From a virus (taxonomy: Duplodnaviria; Caudoviricetes), in IMG/VR virus record IMGVR_UViG_3300031414_000007, positions 1 to 64,000 of that record: a stretch of DNA of 64,000 nt. One strand, given 5' to 3'. The notes below the pieces were generated by a model that saw only the letters and a program-made list of their open reading frames with translations, ran no database searches and was not told the origin of the DNA. Position 1 is the stretch's first letter. The number at the start of each line of letters is the position of its first letter. Positions 45,132 to 54,329 of the stretch are shown in pieces. Made by a program: the position numbers and the translations under genes.

Positions 45132-45532
45132 TGAAAGCACTGTCTATTCGTCAACCTTGGGCTTGGCTGATTACCAAAGGTCACAAGAAGATTGAGAACC
45201 GTACGTGGGACACAAAGAAACGCGGACGCTTTCTCATTCATGCAAGTTCGAAACGTCCTAGTGACGACGACATGCGTGTGGCCAAAGAGATCTGCGACGG
45301 CCTGAACATCAAGCTGCCTGAGAAGCATGAGTTCGAGCTGGGAGCTATCGTGGGCTATGCTACTCTGTGCGGTACGACAACGCAATCTGACGACCCGTTC
45401 TTCTTCGGGCCTGTTGGTCTGCAACTGAAAGACTGTCGTGCTACCGAGCCTGTTCGTTGCAAAGGCGCTCTCAGTTTCTTTAACACACCGTACTGTGTCG
45501 TAGGCGGTAATGTGATCTTGTCTCCACGATGA
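45131..45532 (+). CDS. ASCH domain protein
   Basis: MKALSIRQPWAWLI..GHKKIENRTW..RGRFLIHAS. Confidence 0.88.
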   Translation: MKALSIRQPWAWLITKGHKKIENRTWDTKKRGRFLIHASSKRPSDDDMRVAKEICDGLNIKLPEKHEFELGAIVGYATLCGTTTQSDDPFFFGPVGLQLKDCRATEPVRCKGALSFFNTPYCVVGGNVILSPR

Positions 45533-45744
45533 GGCCCATACTGGTTGTTCATGGAGGCAAAGTTCTGCCCGCTCAACTGGTAAATGAAGATCGTAAAGAC
45601 GTGTACTTTGTTCGGCACATGACGATCAGAGGACAAAACGTGTACGTCGCAGGATTGGCACCAGTTGCTACTGTTGTGTTTCTCTATGGATACTCGCCTA
45701 CTGTTGATGACTATGAAGTTGTAAAACAGATGCGAGGCAAGTAA
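45529..45744 (+). CDS. hypothetical protein
   Basis: ATGA overlap. Confidence 0.6.
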   Translation: MRPILVVHGGKVLPAQLVNEDRKDVYFVRHMTIRGQNVYVAGLAPVATVVFLYGYSPTVDDYEVVKQMRGK

Positions 45745-45747
45745 ATC

Positions 45748-45773
45748 AAGGGTGGCCTGACGGCTGCCCTTTT
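45748..45773 (+). terminator. intrinsic terminator
   Basis: AAGGGTGGCC-TGAC-GGCTGCCCTTTT. Confidence 0.8.
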
Positions 45774-45790
45774 CGCGTTTAAGGAGCGTT

Positions 45791-46195
45791 ATGTTACCGT
45801 TTGCACCTAAGACCCGCGTAGTCAGTATGCGTAACGGCAATAAGGACTATGATGTTCGTATTGACCGGGAAACGAAGTGGGGCAACAAGTTCTATATGAC
45901 CAAAGAGACTGTGGCCGAACGTGACCGTGTGTGCGATGGACATGAGATAGATCTGTGGTTAAAAATCTACAGTGGTGAGATACGCATAGGTCATTTGCTT
46001 GAACTCTATGGTAAACGTCTTGGCTGTTGGTGTAGTCCCAAACGCTGTCACGGAGATGCGTTAGCTAGAGCGGCTGAGTGGGCGTACAATGCAAACTGTA
46101 AATGGGAGCGTATAAAAGCCACTTACAGGAAGCGCCGACGTGCAGCAAACAAAGCCAATAGCAAGAAAGGTAGGAAGAAAGTTTCTCGGAAGTAG
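45791..46195 (+). CDS. DUF4326-like protein
   Basis: RIDRETKWGN.F, GKRLGCWCSPKRCHGD. Confidence 0.8.
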   Translation: MLPFAPKTRVVSMRNGNKDYDVRIDRETKWGNKFYMTKETVAERDRVCDGHEIDLWLKIYSGEIRIGHLLELYGKRLGCWCSPKRCHGDALARAAEWAYNANCKWERIKATYRKRRRAANKANSKKGRKKVSRK

Positions 46196-46694
46196 CCCGT
46201 CGATGAAGGCTATGAATTGGGAAGTGTATATCAGTGCATTCAGCGGCAGAGCTTACGGCCAGTTCGCTGTTGCATGGGGCGCTTCTCACATGGTGATTCA
46301 TACACTCGATGTTACCGAGTGTGTGCGCAATAACTGCGACCAGTTATACATCGACAAACTGGACAAGATCATTGAGTGTCTAAATGCGTTCAATGGTCTG
46401 CTTGGTACGACCAACATAGGTCATTGTCGTGAGTGGCTGAATCCTATTGAGACAGGCGCTACAGGCAGTGTGGCGTTCTGCCACTACGTCACTGACAAAG
46501 AAGCCAACATCTATTTCGAGCTGGCATCCTGTACTGAGAAGGTTCGCTTCTATCCCGCACCAGCAGGCAGGCACAAACTGCGTAACCTGAAAACCAGCCT
46601 TGTTCGTTTAGAGCAGGAGCTGATCAAACACAGGCAGGCAATGCTTGATACCATGAGTGTGGTCAACGAAACACGCGCTATGCTAAATCTGTAA
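46140..46694 (+). CDS. hypothetical protein (start may be 46203)
   Basis: long ORF in operon orientation. Confidence 0.7.
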   Translation: MQQTKPIARKVGRKFLGSSPSMKAMNWEVYISAFSGRAYGQFAVAWGASHMVIHTLDVTECVRNNCDQLYIDKLDKIIECLNAFNGLLGTTNIGHCREWLNPIETGATGSVAFCHYVTDKEANIYFELASCTEKVRFYPAPAGRHKLRNLKTSLVRLEQELIKHRQAMLDTMSVVNETRAMLNL

Positions 46695-46697
46695 ATA
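46686..46697 (+). promoter_or_regulatory. AATCTGTAAATA motif (class A)
   Basis: exact copy overlapping a stop codon, 50 nt upstream of 46736. Confidence 0.6.
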
Positions 46698-46735
46698 TAG
46701 CGTATACCACATATACCTAGAATAAGGAACTTGGC

Positions 46736-47068
46736 ATGGCCATGACTCAAACGCAGTACGCTCTTTCTAAGGTGGCAGAAGAAGCTACCGAGATCGCAAA
46801 AGAGTGCCACAAGATCATGCACTTCGGGTTTAACTCATTTGACCCGAATGACCCAAAGCGCGTTAAGAACATTGACCGCCTGATTGCTGAACTGCATGAT
46901 CTCGAAGGCGCCCTCCTGTTTCTGCGTGATAACTCAGGCGGTGAGTTCGAGTTTATCCCCGATACCTGCACTGCGTTGGCTAAGTACGATAAGATTGCAC
47001 GGCACATGGGCTACGCGATTGAGTCTGGTAATGTTGAACCTTTCGATTTAGAAGACGAGGATGAATAA
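46736..47068 (+). CDS. MazG-like NTP pyrophosphohydrolase
   Basis: KVAEEATE..LIAELHDL (EEX2E...EX2D pattern). Confidence 0.6.
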   Translation: MAMTQTQYALSKVAEEATEIAKECHKIMHFGFNSFDPNDPKRVKNIDRLIAELHDLEGALLFLRDNSGGEFEFIPDTCTALAKYDKIARHMGYAIESGNVEPFDLEDEDE

Positions 47069-47583
47069 TGAGTTACTCTTTCGTTGTTGAGTGGAACATC
47101 CGCTTAAAGGCCGATACGCCTAAAGAAGTTATGAGCATGTTGAAAGCGTGGCACAAGCATCCGCACCGCTTCGACGCGTTTTTGAATCTCGGTGTTGACG
47201 TTAGTGCTGCGTTGGGTTGTGGTCTGGATTCAATCGCAGGTATTTACTACGAGAGTAACTTCATTCACGGCTCCGGCGTCGTGCCGTATATCCGCACCTG
47301 CGCCAACTTCACGCGACGTAGCTCAGGCACGGATCGTCTGGTAGGTTTCATCAACTGGTTGGAGCCGTATATCGATCATCGTGATGAAGTCATCGGCATC
47401 GTTCGTGGCGAAGATGATCTCTACTGCTATGACGATACGCGTGGTTATGGCTTCGGTCTTATTCCTGAGCCGCCTCCAAGCAAAACGTTCTACGAAATTC
47501 GTATCATCAACAACTGCGCACAAATCGAATATAAGCGTGGTGATCTTCATAACCTTTATCCGTGGGTATCTTATGCTTACTAA
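47068..47583 (+). CDS. hypothetical protein
   Basis: TAATG coupling, SD GAGGA. Confidence 0.75.
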   Translation: MSYSFVVEWNIRLKADTPKEVMSMLKAWHKHPHRFDAFLNLGVDVSAALGCGLDSIAGIYYESNFIHGSGVVPYIRTCANFTRRSSGTDRLVGFINWLEPYIDHRDEVIGIVRGEDDLYCYDDTRGYGFGLIPEPPPSKTFYEIRIINNCAQIEYKRGDLHNLYPWVSYAY

Positions 47584-48247
47584 CATTGCTCGTCTCGTTG
47601 CTACACAGGCACACTCTGGTCAGGTACGCAAGTACAATAACGAACCGTACATCAATCACCCACTGCGTGTTGCACAGTGGCTGTCTCAGTTTAACGTTGG
47701 TGAGCTGATCGAAGCAGGCGCAATCTGTCACGATGTTCTCGAAGATACCGACGTCGGCTATAGCGCTTTGGAACTCACTGTCGGTACACCTGTTGCTGAC
47801 CTCGTTCGGGAAGTTACTAACGGCGTCTATCCGGCAGGCACTTCTCGCGTTCAGAAGTACTGGGGTAATATCTCCAAGCTACTGACCTCCAGTCATCAGG
47901 CGCAAACGCTCAAGTGCGGTGACGTGTATGACAACTGCAAAGACGTGTACGATCTGGACCCGTCGTATGCAGCGCGTTACATCGCCGAGAAGTTCTTCCT
48001 CGTGCGTCTGTTCACTCGCGCTCAGTCTGACGTGCGCAACGCAACGTTGAACCTACTGTCGTCTGTATACAACGGCATGTCTGACGGGCACCGCATCTAC
48101 TGTCTGGATTACATGCAGCAACTCGAACGTGAGTGTCCGGAAGAACTGTTGATTCACTTCCACAACGCGCTGGTAGAAGCCAACGAACACAATGGCTGTA
48201 CTCTGCGTATCGGAGATGCGTATGGAACTGAAACTGCCGCCGTTTAA
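47573..48247 (+). CDS. HD-domain hydrolase, RelA/SpoT-hydrolase (Mesh1/SAH)-like
   Basis: AHSGQVRKY..PYINHPLRVA, ICHDVLEDT, VADLVREVT, KCGDVYDN. Confidence 0.85.
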   Translation: MLTNIARLVATQAHSGQVRKYNNEPYINHPLRVAQWLSQFNVGELIEAGAICHDVLEDTDVGYSALELTVGTPVADLVREVTNGVYPAGTSRVQKYWGNISKLLTSSHQAQTLKCGDVYDNCKDVYDLDPSYAARYIAEKFFLVRLFTRAQSDVRNATLNLLSSVYNGMSDGHRIYCLDYMQQLERECPEELLIHFHNALVEANEHNGCTLRIGDAYGTETAAV

Positions 48248-48596
48248 AACTCGCAGCGTACTGGTAGAGAACATGGAAGTTCGAAACAAACACGCCACAG
48301 CCGTTGTTGCCGTCAGTGAAACAAGCTGGTGGGGTTATCGCAAACGTAACCTGCGCGTTGCAATGAAGTGCGACAAGATCACTCGTAAGGAGATCGAGTG
48401 GTCAGCGCTGGTCAAATGGGATGATGGCTATATTGTTGCTCCCATCTGCGAAGACAGCGACGTCCTTACAGCCGCAAACAACACACTCCGCGATATGCGC
48501 AACATGAACTTGCAGCGTTACGAGCAACTGCTTGCGCATCGCCTGACCATTCACATGAGGAAACATCATGGCCGCACATGCAGTTTATCTGTTTGA
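48222..48596 (+). CDS. hypothetical protein
   Basis: ATG after GGAG. Confidence 0.7.
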   Translation: MELKLPPFKTRSVLVENMEVRNKHATAVVAVSETSWWGYRKRNLRVAMKCDKITRKEIEWSALVKWDDGYIVAPICEDSDVLTAANNTLRDMRNMNLQRYEQLLAHRLTIHMRKHHGRTCSLSV

Positions 48597-48951
48597 GAAC
48601 GTGGAAGATGAAGTTGCTTTCACCGAACGCCGCTTTCATAAAAGCATTCTTTTCATGAAGGGCATCAATAAAAACTTGCCTATGGTGGAAGAAAGCAAAG
48701 AAGTAACGTTCGCCGTATACGAAGTGGGTGACACCAAAACGTATGCTGCAACTGTCGGTCAGCCTCTTCCTGAAAATCTGCGTCTGGCACTGAACCTCGA
48801 ACCGGTTCGTGTGTGGCGTCTGATTCGCCGTAAAGACGATGTGTTCTTTGTCGGTGAAAACTCAGAAGCTATCGTTGCAGATAGCGTGGTGCCTATGGAG
48901 ATTCGTGTTGAAGGAGCACAGGATGCAGAACGTTGCTGGTCACGCGCTTGA
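48568..48951 (+). CDS. hypothetical protein
   Basis: SD GAGGA. Confidence 0.7.
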   Translation: MAAHAVYLFENVEDEVAFTERRFHKSILFMKGINKNLPMVEESKEVTFAVYEVGDTKTYAATVGQPLPENLRLALNLEPVRVWRLIRRKDDVFFVGENSEAIVADSVVPMEIRVEGAQDAERCWSRA

Positions 48952-49579
48952 ACTAACAGCGAAGGACGTTGAGGCTTATTGGCGGGGACGTGCGTATATT
49001 GAAGCGGCTCGTATTGCGCACAACCATCAGGAAGACCCGACTGCGTACACTCTGACCTTTCAGCTCATTGAGCCGTATCTTCCTCAAGGCTGGGAAGTCA
49101 TCAACCCAATACGTGAGCAGCACGAAGGTGAATTGCCTGATGCCGTGTTTGAGCCTGGTGAAACCCTTGAGCCGCGATTCGTCGTCATGCTTGCGTTGAT
49201 GATCGATAGCGATAAAACTCAGGTGGGCGGCAAAACAATTAAATCTATGGCGCATCTGTCTTCTGTTGCGCGTGACAAACGAATCGTGTTGGTGCTTAAC
49301 GGTCACGACACAGCACTTGCGCGGCATCTTGCGCTTGAAGCTGGGTACGAAGTGAGTGAAGCAGGTCTGATTGATATGGCCAAAGCTATTGGCGATAAAG
49401 CTATGCGCCGTGCTGAACACACTGGCTTCTTTGAACTTGATACTCCACGCGAGCGCAAAGAGCGTGACCCGAATCTCGACGCTGTACGACACAAGCATAA
49501 TCGTGTGGGTCGTCATTCAGGCAATCAACGATTTAATGCCAAGTCGCAGCGTCAGAATTTCAAAGGCCGCGGCCGATGA
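48923..49579 (+). CDS. hypothetical protein, basic C-terminus
   Basis: ATG after AAGGAG. Confidence 0.75.
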   Translation: MQNVAGHALELTAKDVEAYWRGRAYIEAARIAHNHQEDPTAYTLTFQLIEPYLPQGWEVINPIREQHEGELPDAVFEPGETLEPRFVVMLALMIDSDKTQVGGKTIKSMAHLSSVARDKRIVLVLNGHDTALARHLALEAGYEVSEAGLIDMAKAIGDKAMRRAEHTGFFELDTPRERKERDPNLDAVRHKHNRVGRHSGNQRFNAKSQRQNFKGRGR

Positions 49580-49917
49580 AAAACGAAACATATGCGATTG
49601 AGTATGTGGACAACGTACCACTGCGCGTCCATGTCTTTCGGCCAGAGGCAAGCCCTGAGCAGAGTGATTATCAGGCTCTGGTAAGCATTGACGCGTTCGA
49701 TAAGCGTATGTGCCTTGCCTGCAAGAAAGACCCAGCAGTTCGTCGCTTCTGGCTTCAACGTAAGCACGAATGGGAACATCTCGTGGAGTCTGATCGACGC
49801 ATGATGCGTTTGAGAATGTCTCCTACATTCATCAATCTTCCAAAGCAGATACACGAAGACCTCTGGACGTTCTACCGTGAAGTCGGCTGGGACTATAAAA
49901 GCAAACGATTCATTTGA
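49576..49917 (+). CDS. hypothetical protein
   Basis: ATGA overlap. Confidence 0.7.
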   Translation: MKNETYAIEYVDNVPLRVHVFRPEASPEQSDYQALVSIDAFDKRMCLACKKDPAVRRFWLQRKHEWEHLVESDRRMMRLRMSPTFINLPKQIHEDLWTFYREVGWDYKSKRFI

Positions 49918-50073
49918 CCAAAAATCCACTATCTCTGCCGCTGTCTGCTGTTTGCATTCTTGCGGTATCGACGCGCACGGGAGTCTTTCTCGATGTGCTT
50001 AATAATGAAAAGACACCAGCAGGCCAATGTATCAGTCGTGTTGTAGATGCTGTCCTTGCTGAGGGGAGTTCTT

Positions 50074-50421
50074 ATGGACTTGAAAGACTGGTTGATCACA
50101 ACGGAGACAATCGTCCACAAGATGGTTGTTGACCCCGTTGAAGGTACGGCTGCTGGGCTAGTCGAAACTGTTTACTACGGACCGAAACGTCTTGGTCGTC
50201 GTCGCATTCAGGGCATTAGTCGTTCGTGCATCTGCCACGATATTTATCGTCGTCAGGCAGTTTGGATGGACGTCAACGGCATGGACGAACTACTGCCAAA
50301 GCACAACACGGCCAAGTCATTGTGTCGTAGACTACGCACAGAAATCAATAAACTCGTAGCAGAGGGTAAAGTAAATGGTGAGTCCATTAGCAAAAATCAA
50401 CATCGGCAGCCCATTGCCTGA
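50074..50421 (+). CDS. hypothetical protein
   Basis: ATG after GAGGGGAG. Confidence 0.7.
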   Translation: MDLKDWLITTETIVHKMVVDPVEGTAAGLVETVYYGPKRLGRRRIQGISRSCICHDIYRRQAVWMDVNGMDELLPKHNTAKSLCRRLRTEINKLVAEGKVNGESISKNQHRQPIA

Positions 50422-51100
50422 TAGCGGCGATCTGATCTACAAACAGATTCTTGATGGTAGTATTGAGATTCTGGACAGCACACTCGATCTGCATCGGCAG
50501 AGCAATGTGGTGCTGCGTAACACCAAAGAGCTGGGTATTGATATACTCAATGGAGTCTGGACTTATACTCCTAAGTACACGTATGAAAACAGACACCCTC
50601 TGGCGTATACGTTCGGTCAAATGATGGCTGATCCAAACAGCACGTATCAGGACCTGGCGAAGGAGCTTACAACCAAAGCGGAGCAAGATATGTTCTACGC
50701 GCCGCTGCGCAAGCTCCGTGCGTTCATAATCAACCATGATACAGTTACGGGTAAAACTGATTTGCGTATGCCGGACGCGTGGATCGTAAACATCGACGCT
50801 GCGCTGACAATGCGTGACTTCATGGGCGTAGTTGAAGGCTACGTTCAATCTAAGCAGCGTCAGGAAGTTGCGGATGTTGTCTTTGAGAAGTATTACGCCA
50901 CAGGCGAAAGCACAAAGAACTCCAAGGCACGTCTGTTGTTCAGTGGTGGTACGGTAGTTATGGTCGACCCGGATCGCCATACAGCTGGGACCGCCAATAT
51001 GTTCGATATGACGCCAATCTTCAAGTTCGTGTCGCGTCCGTGGAATCACGGCCTGACGCAGAATCATCTCCGTACCTATCGCAAGTTAGTAAATCTGTAA
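50375..51100 (+). CDS. hypothetical protein
   Basis: 241 aa, SD GAGGG. Confidence 0.75.
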   Translation: MVSPLAKINIGSPLPDSGDLIYKQILDGSIEILDSTLDLHRQSNVVLRNTKELGIDILNGVWTYTPKYTYENRHPLAYTFGQMMADPNSTYQDLAKELTTKAEQDMFYAPLRKLRAFIINHDTVTGKTDLRMPDAWIVNIDAALTMRDFMGVVEGYVQSKQRQEVADVVFEKYYATGESTKNSKARLLFSGGTVVMVDPDRHTAGTANMFDMTPIFKFVSRPWNHGLTQNHLRTYRKLVNL

Positions 51101-51103
51101 ATA
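51092..51103 (+). promoter_or_regulatory. AATCTGTAAATA motif (class A)
   Basis: exact copy overlapping a stop codon, upstream of 51166. Confidence 0.6.
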
Positions 51104-51165
51104 CTAACTGCTAAAGTTACTCTATCTTATTCAGACTATCTTTCAACTAACATAAGGAAACAAGC

Positions 51166-51873
51166 ATGGCTTCTAAAGAACGTGCGGGCGTTGTGGACAA
51201 TTCTGCTAAGTCCGCTAAATCTGGCGGCAGCGCGGGTAGACGTGTTACTGCTCCGATCTACAACGGCACCCAAACTTCTGCGCATGTCGCATCCGCTGCA
51301 TCTACCTCTGTGCTGCCTGTCTCTGGCGTGTCTCTCGCTGCGCAAATCTACAGCCGCGCGGACAGCCTGCGTTACGCCACTTCTGAGTTATCTGAAACGT
51401 TGCAGCGCCTGGGCCTGTACGAACCGGCTCCTTCGAAAGGCGAAGATCTGGCGAGCGCTGCCCACGATAACGTGCTGCGTGTTATCAACGAAGAACTCAA
51501 CGGCGCGATGCGTTTCGCTAACAACGTTCTGTTCTCGTCCGTTCACGGCGACGACGAAGAAGAAATCGGCGAAGATTGTGACACTGAAAAAGAAACCCAG
51601 GGCGCTATTCATAAAACGCAGTTCGGCCGCAGTATTTACGGTGACGCACAGGCAGCCATCTCGCGTCTGCTGAGTATTCAGAGCCTGGCCAATCGTGTCA
51701 ATCTGTCTCTGGTTGGCGTTGAAGGTCCTGCTGACTGCCGTGCTGCTCAGGTGAACGATAGCGTTCACGGCTGCCTGTGCAATCTGGCCGATCACATCGA
51801 CGACACCGTCACTACTCTGCATCGCGTTAATGCAGACCTGATGACCAACCTGTTGGGAGTTAACGGGCAATGA
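51166..51873 (+). CDS. hypothetical helical protein with low-complexity N-terminus
   Basis: SD AAGGA; codon choices suggest strong bias. Confidence 0.85.
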   Translation: MASKERAGVVDNSAKSAKSGGSAGRRVTAPIYNGTQTSAHVASAASTSVLPVSGVSLAAQIYSRADSLRYATSELSETLQRLGLYEPAPSKGEDLASAAHDNVLRVINEELNGAMRFANNVLFSSVHGDDEEEIGEDCDTEKETQGAIHKTQFGRSIYGDAQAAISRLLSIQSLANRVNLSLVGVEGPADCRAAQVNDSVHGCLCNLADHIDDTVTTLHRVNADLMTNLLGVNGQ

Positions 51874-52865
51874 TCGACTTCAAATCTGTTAAGTTTGACG
51901 AAGACCGTAAGCCGTACATCGTTGAACGCGGCGCTAAGGGTAAGTTCCAGCGTCGTTATCTGACTGACGCAGAACAGCAGGAGCACAAAGAGTGGGACGC
52001 CAAGCGTGTTAGCAAACTGAACGCAGCCGCTGTTCGTCCGGCTCGTGGCCAGACTGAATCTTTCCAGCACGTCGATACTGTCGGTACTGATCGTGCCTCA
52101 GCACGTAACTCTACTCTGCGTACTGGCTACGGTTTAGCTGACGGTCCTACCGGTCCTGTTGGTCCGGGACCATGTCCTGTCGGCGCTGACCCTCTGATTC
52201 CGTATTCTCTGGAAAGCGGCTCAGAGCAGGACGTCCCGGTCGGCCAGCGCGTAGCTCGTCGTTCTGTTAACCTGATGGACAGCCTTGCGCATCTGACGCT
52301 GGCTTTGTATGAGTTCGGCGCTATCGACAATGCGTGTGTTGCTGATGTTCGTTCGCGCGTCATGGACCTTGCAGAAGGTCTTCATGAAGACGAAGACTGT
52401 ATGCGCATTCAGGCAGAAGACGAGCTGGTGGAGCCTTACTACTACGTTAAGTCTATGGCTGCGCTGCTGCACGGTTCGTATACTCAGTCGCGTACTCAGG
52501 CTCCGTTGAAAGTTGTTGGCTACCACGCCGCACCGGTTATTACTCTGACACAGTACCTGATGGGTCTTGTCTTCCCCGAAGGCGATATGGCACGTCGTGC
52601 TCAGACCGGTAACCTGCTGCGTCGCGGTGACGAATCCGTGCGTGATCTGGCGCTGGACATTATGACCGTGTACAACAACATTCAGGCTGACATTAGCGAA
52701 GCTGGTATTCGTCTGCTGGGTGAGATGCCGGAAGAAATCGGCGGGTTGAATGTAGGTCTGGGTGAGCTGGCGTCTCTGGACGTCGTTCGCGCCGTTGACG
52801 AAATGCTGGAGTATCTGGTGATTCGTATCGACGGCCTGACGCAGATGCTGCGCGACCAACTGTAA
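51870..52865 (+). CDS. hypothetical helical protein
   Basis: ATGA overlap; 331 aa. Confidence 0.85.
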   Translation: MIDFKSVKFDEDRKPYIVERGAKGKFQRRYLTDAEQQEHKEWDAKRVSKLNAAAVRPARGQTESFQHVDTVGTDRASARNSTLRTGYGLADGPTGPVGPGPCPVGADPLIPYSLESGSEQDVPVGQRVARRSVNLMDSLAHLTLALYEFGAIDNACVADVRSRVMDLAEGLHEDEDCMRIQAEDELVEPYYYVKSMAALLHGSYTQSRTQAPLKVVGYHAAPVITLTQYLMGLVFPEGDMARRAQTGNLLRRGDESVRDLALDIMTVYNNIQADISEAGIRLLGEMPEEIGGLNVGLGELASLDVVRAVDEMLEYLVIRIDGLTQMLRDQL

Positions 52866-52880
52866 TCTGCTGTAGAAAGC

Positions 52881-52918
52881 AAAAAGGGCGGCCCTCGTGA
52901 TTGAGAGTCGCCCTTTTT
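52881..52918. terminator. bidirectional terminator at the convergence point
   Basis: AAAAAGGGCG...CGCCCTTTTT between convergent operons. Confidence 0.88.
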
Positions 52919-52920
52919 CG

Positions 52921-53385
52921 TTATAGCGCTAAACCTATGCCGATAGCTGCTGCAATGCGTGTCAACCACAATTGAAAATCCGCAGACTTCTGATCTTCAA
53001 TACGTGCCTTACGCTCTGCTGCCAAATCATCGGATAGTCCATTCGCTCTCACCTCTTCGGCTTGAGCCAAACGCAATAGCTTGTTGCGTTCATCAATGGT
53101 CAGATTGAGCACATCGAGTAACTTGTTTCGTTCCTCGGTGCGGTCTTTCCCTGCCTGATACAGATTAATCAAATCAACCATTCCCTTGTTATCAAGCACT
53201 GCAACCTTCTTGTCTTCTACCACTTTGATAGTGACAGTAGGCTTGGCAGGAACGGCTTCCTTTTCCCACTCAACTTTGTTGATCTGCTGAATATCTTGCA
53301 TGGTTGTTTTCTTGGTTGCATCAATCCCAGATAACGAACTGCAACCAGTCACTAGCAAGCACAGGAGTAACGTGATTATTTTCAT
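52921..53385 (-). CDS. spanin-like lipoprotein with C-terminal hydrophobic helix
   Basis: lipobox LVTG|C followed by SS; coiled coil; ends LWLTRIAAAIGIGLAL. Confidence 0.6.
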   Translation of the reverse strand: MKIITLLLCLLVTGCSSLSGIDATKKTTMQDIQQINKVEWEKEAVPAKPTVTIKVVEDKKVAVLDNKGMVDLINLYQAGKDRTEERNKLLDVLNLTIDERNKLLRLAQAEEVRANGLSDDLAAERKARIEDQKSADFQLWLTRIAAAIGIGLAL

Positions 53386-53693
53386 AGCTTATTGTACCTG
53401 TCCACCAGCTCGTCCATGCTGTCATCTTTACTTGGAGGCTTAACGTCAGTCTCAGGCTTCCGCGTATTCAGATCTTTCACCGCATCGTTAACAGTCTTGC
53501 TGTCTTGAACTTGGTTCTCGATTGCTGCCTCACGCGTATTGTCAGCGGCTTTCTGCTCACCTGTAGTAGTCGATGGGCTTGCCTTTGGGCGACGGAACAA
53601 CAGCGCCGTTACGACGAGCACAACAACAGATGCGAAAACCTTCCAGTATTTCATAAACACTTCAATAGCCTTAGACATAATCACGCTCTCCAC
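53382..53693 (-). CDS. i-spanin-like single-TM protein
   Basis: N-terminal TM VFASVVVLVVTALLF followed by a polar domain; overlaps the lipoprotein gene. Confidence 0.5.
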   Translation of the reverse strand: MESVIMSKAIEVFMKYWKVFASVVVLVVTALLFRRPKASPSTTTGEQKAADNTREAAIENQVQDSKTVNDAVKDLNTRKPETDVKPPSKDDSMDELVDRYNKL

Positions 53694-53998
53694 TATTCTT
53701 TATCTGTCTCCTGCTTCTCTGCTTTAGTCGTCTGCATGTTGACAAGGTTCTCAACAGTAAACGCAAGGGAGAAGTAGGTAAGATGGTCGGTCTGACCATT
53801 CATCAGCAAGCCAATGAACATACCGGTAGACACGAACACTGCGGCGACGGAGGAGATTGGATTCAGCGTCCAGTACTCCTTCCAGTTTAAGCCTTCTCGC
53901 TTAGTCTTGACCACGTAGTTCATCAAGACACCGCCGACGTATGAAAGAAAGAAGGCTACGATTTGGATTGTCGGCATTTGTGATATTACATCACCCAT
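53693..53998 (-). CDS. holin-like membrane protein
   Basis: ATG 53998 after GGGAG; 2-3 TM segments and a charged C-terminus. Confidence 0.5.
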   Translation of the reverse strand: MGDVISQMPTIQIVAFFLSYVGGVLMNYVVKTKREGLNWKEYWTLNPISSVAAVFVSTGMFIGLLMNGQTDHLTYFSLAFTVENLVNMQTTKAEKQETDKE

Positions 53999-54020
53999 GT
54001 TGCAATACTCCCTATTTGAC

Positions 54021-54050
54021 AAAAGAAAGGGAGAGCCGAAGCCCTCCCTA
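54021..54050 (-). terminator. intrinsic terminator (minus strand)
   Basis: TAGGGAGGGC-TTCG-GCTCTCCC-TTTCTTTT on the reverse complement. Confidence 0.8.
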
Positions 54051-54054
54051 TAGA

Positions 54055-54294
54055 TCAAAGATGGTCAGAGGTAATCTGACCATCTTGATACAGTTCGCGC
54101 TTACGCGCTTTCCACGTTGAAGAAAGTTCAGAGAAGAACTCTCTCGCACGATCATCGTCAAGCTCAAACGGTTGCTGTACGCCATACTTAGCGCACAGGC
54201 CATTGAACGTTGCATTGTACTCGGTCTGCAAAAGCGATTTGTCCGCGCTCTCGCTGATATACTGCTTGGCCGACATTGCTACTGTTAGTTGCAT
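54055..54294 (-). CDS. small helical protein, possibly virion-associated
   Basis: SD GAGGA; own class-B motif; KYGVQQPFELDDDRAREFF..W. Confidence 0.7.
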   Translation of the reverse strand: MQLTVAMSAKQYISESADKSLLQTEYNATFNGLCAKYGVQQPFELDDDRAREFFSELSSTWKARKRELYQDGQITSDHL

Positions 54295-54323
54295 GATACC
54301 ATCCTCTTATTATCTACTCGCAT

Positions 54324-54329
54324 AAATTA
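54324..54329 (-). promoter_or_regulatory. TAATTT motif (class B)
   Basis: AAATTA on the + strand, about 30 nt upstream of 54294. Confidence 0.4.

Noticed and set aside
49914-50132. 72-aa TTG-start ORF
   Set aside because: No clear SD and it overlaps the better-supported 50074 start; left uncalled
1-52865. Numerous long minus-strand ORFs in the track (e.g. 1420-2091, 39993-40766, 50387-51067, 52221-52859)
   Set aside because: They are antisense shadows of well-supported + strand genes, with no SD sites or motifs
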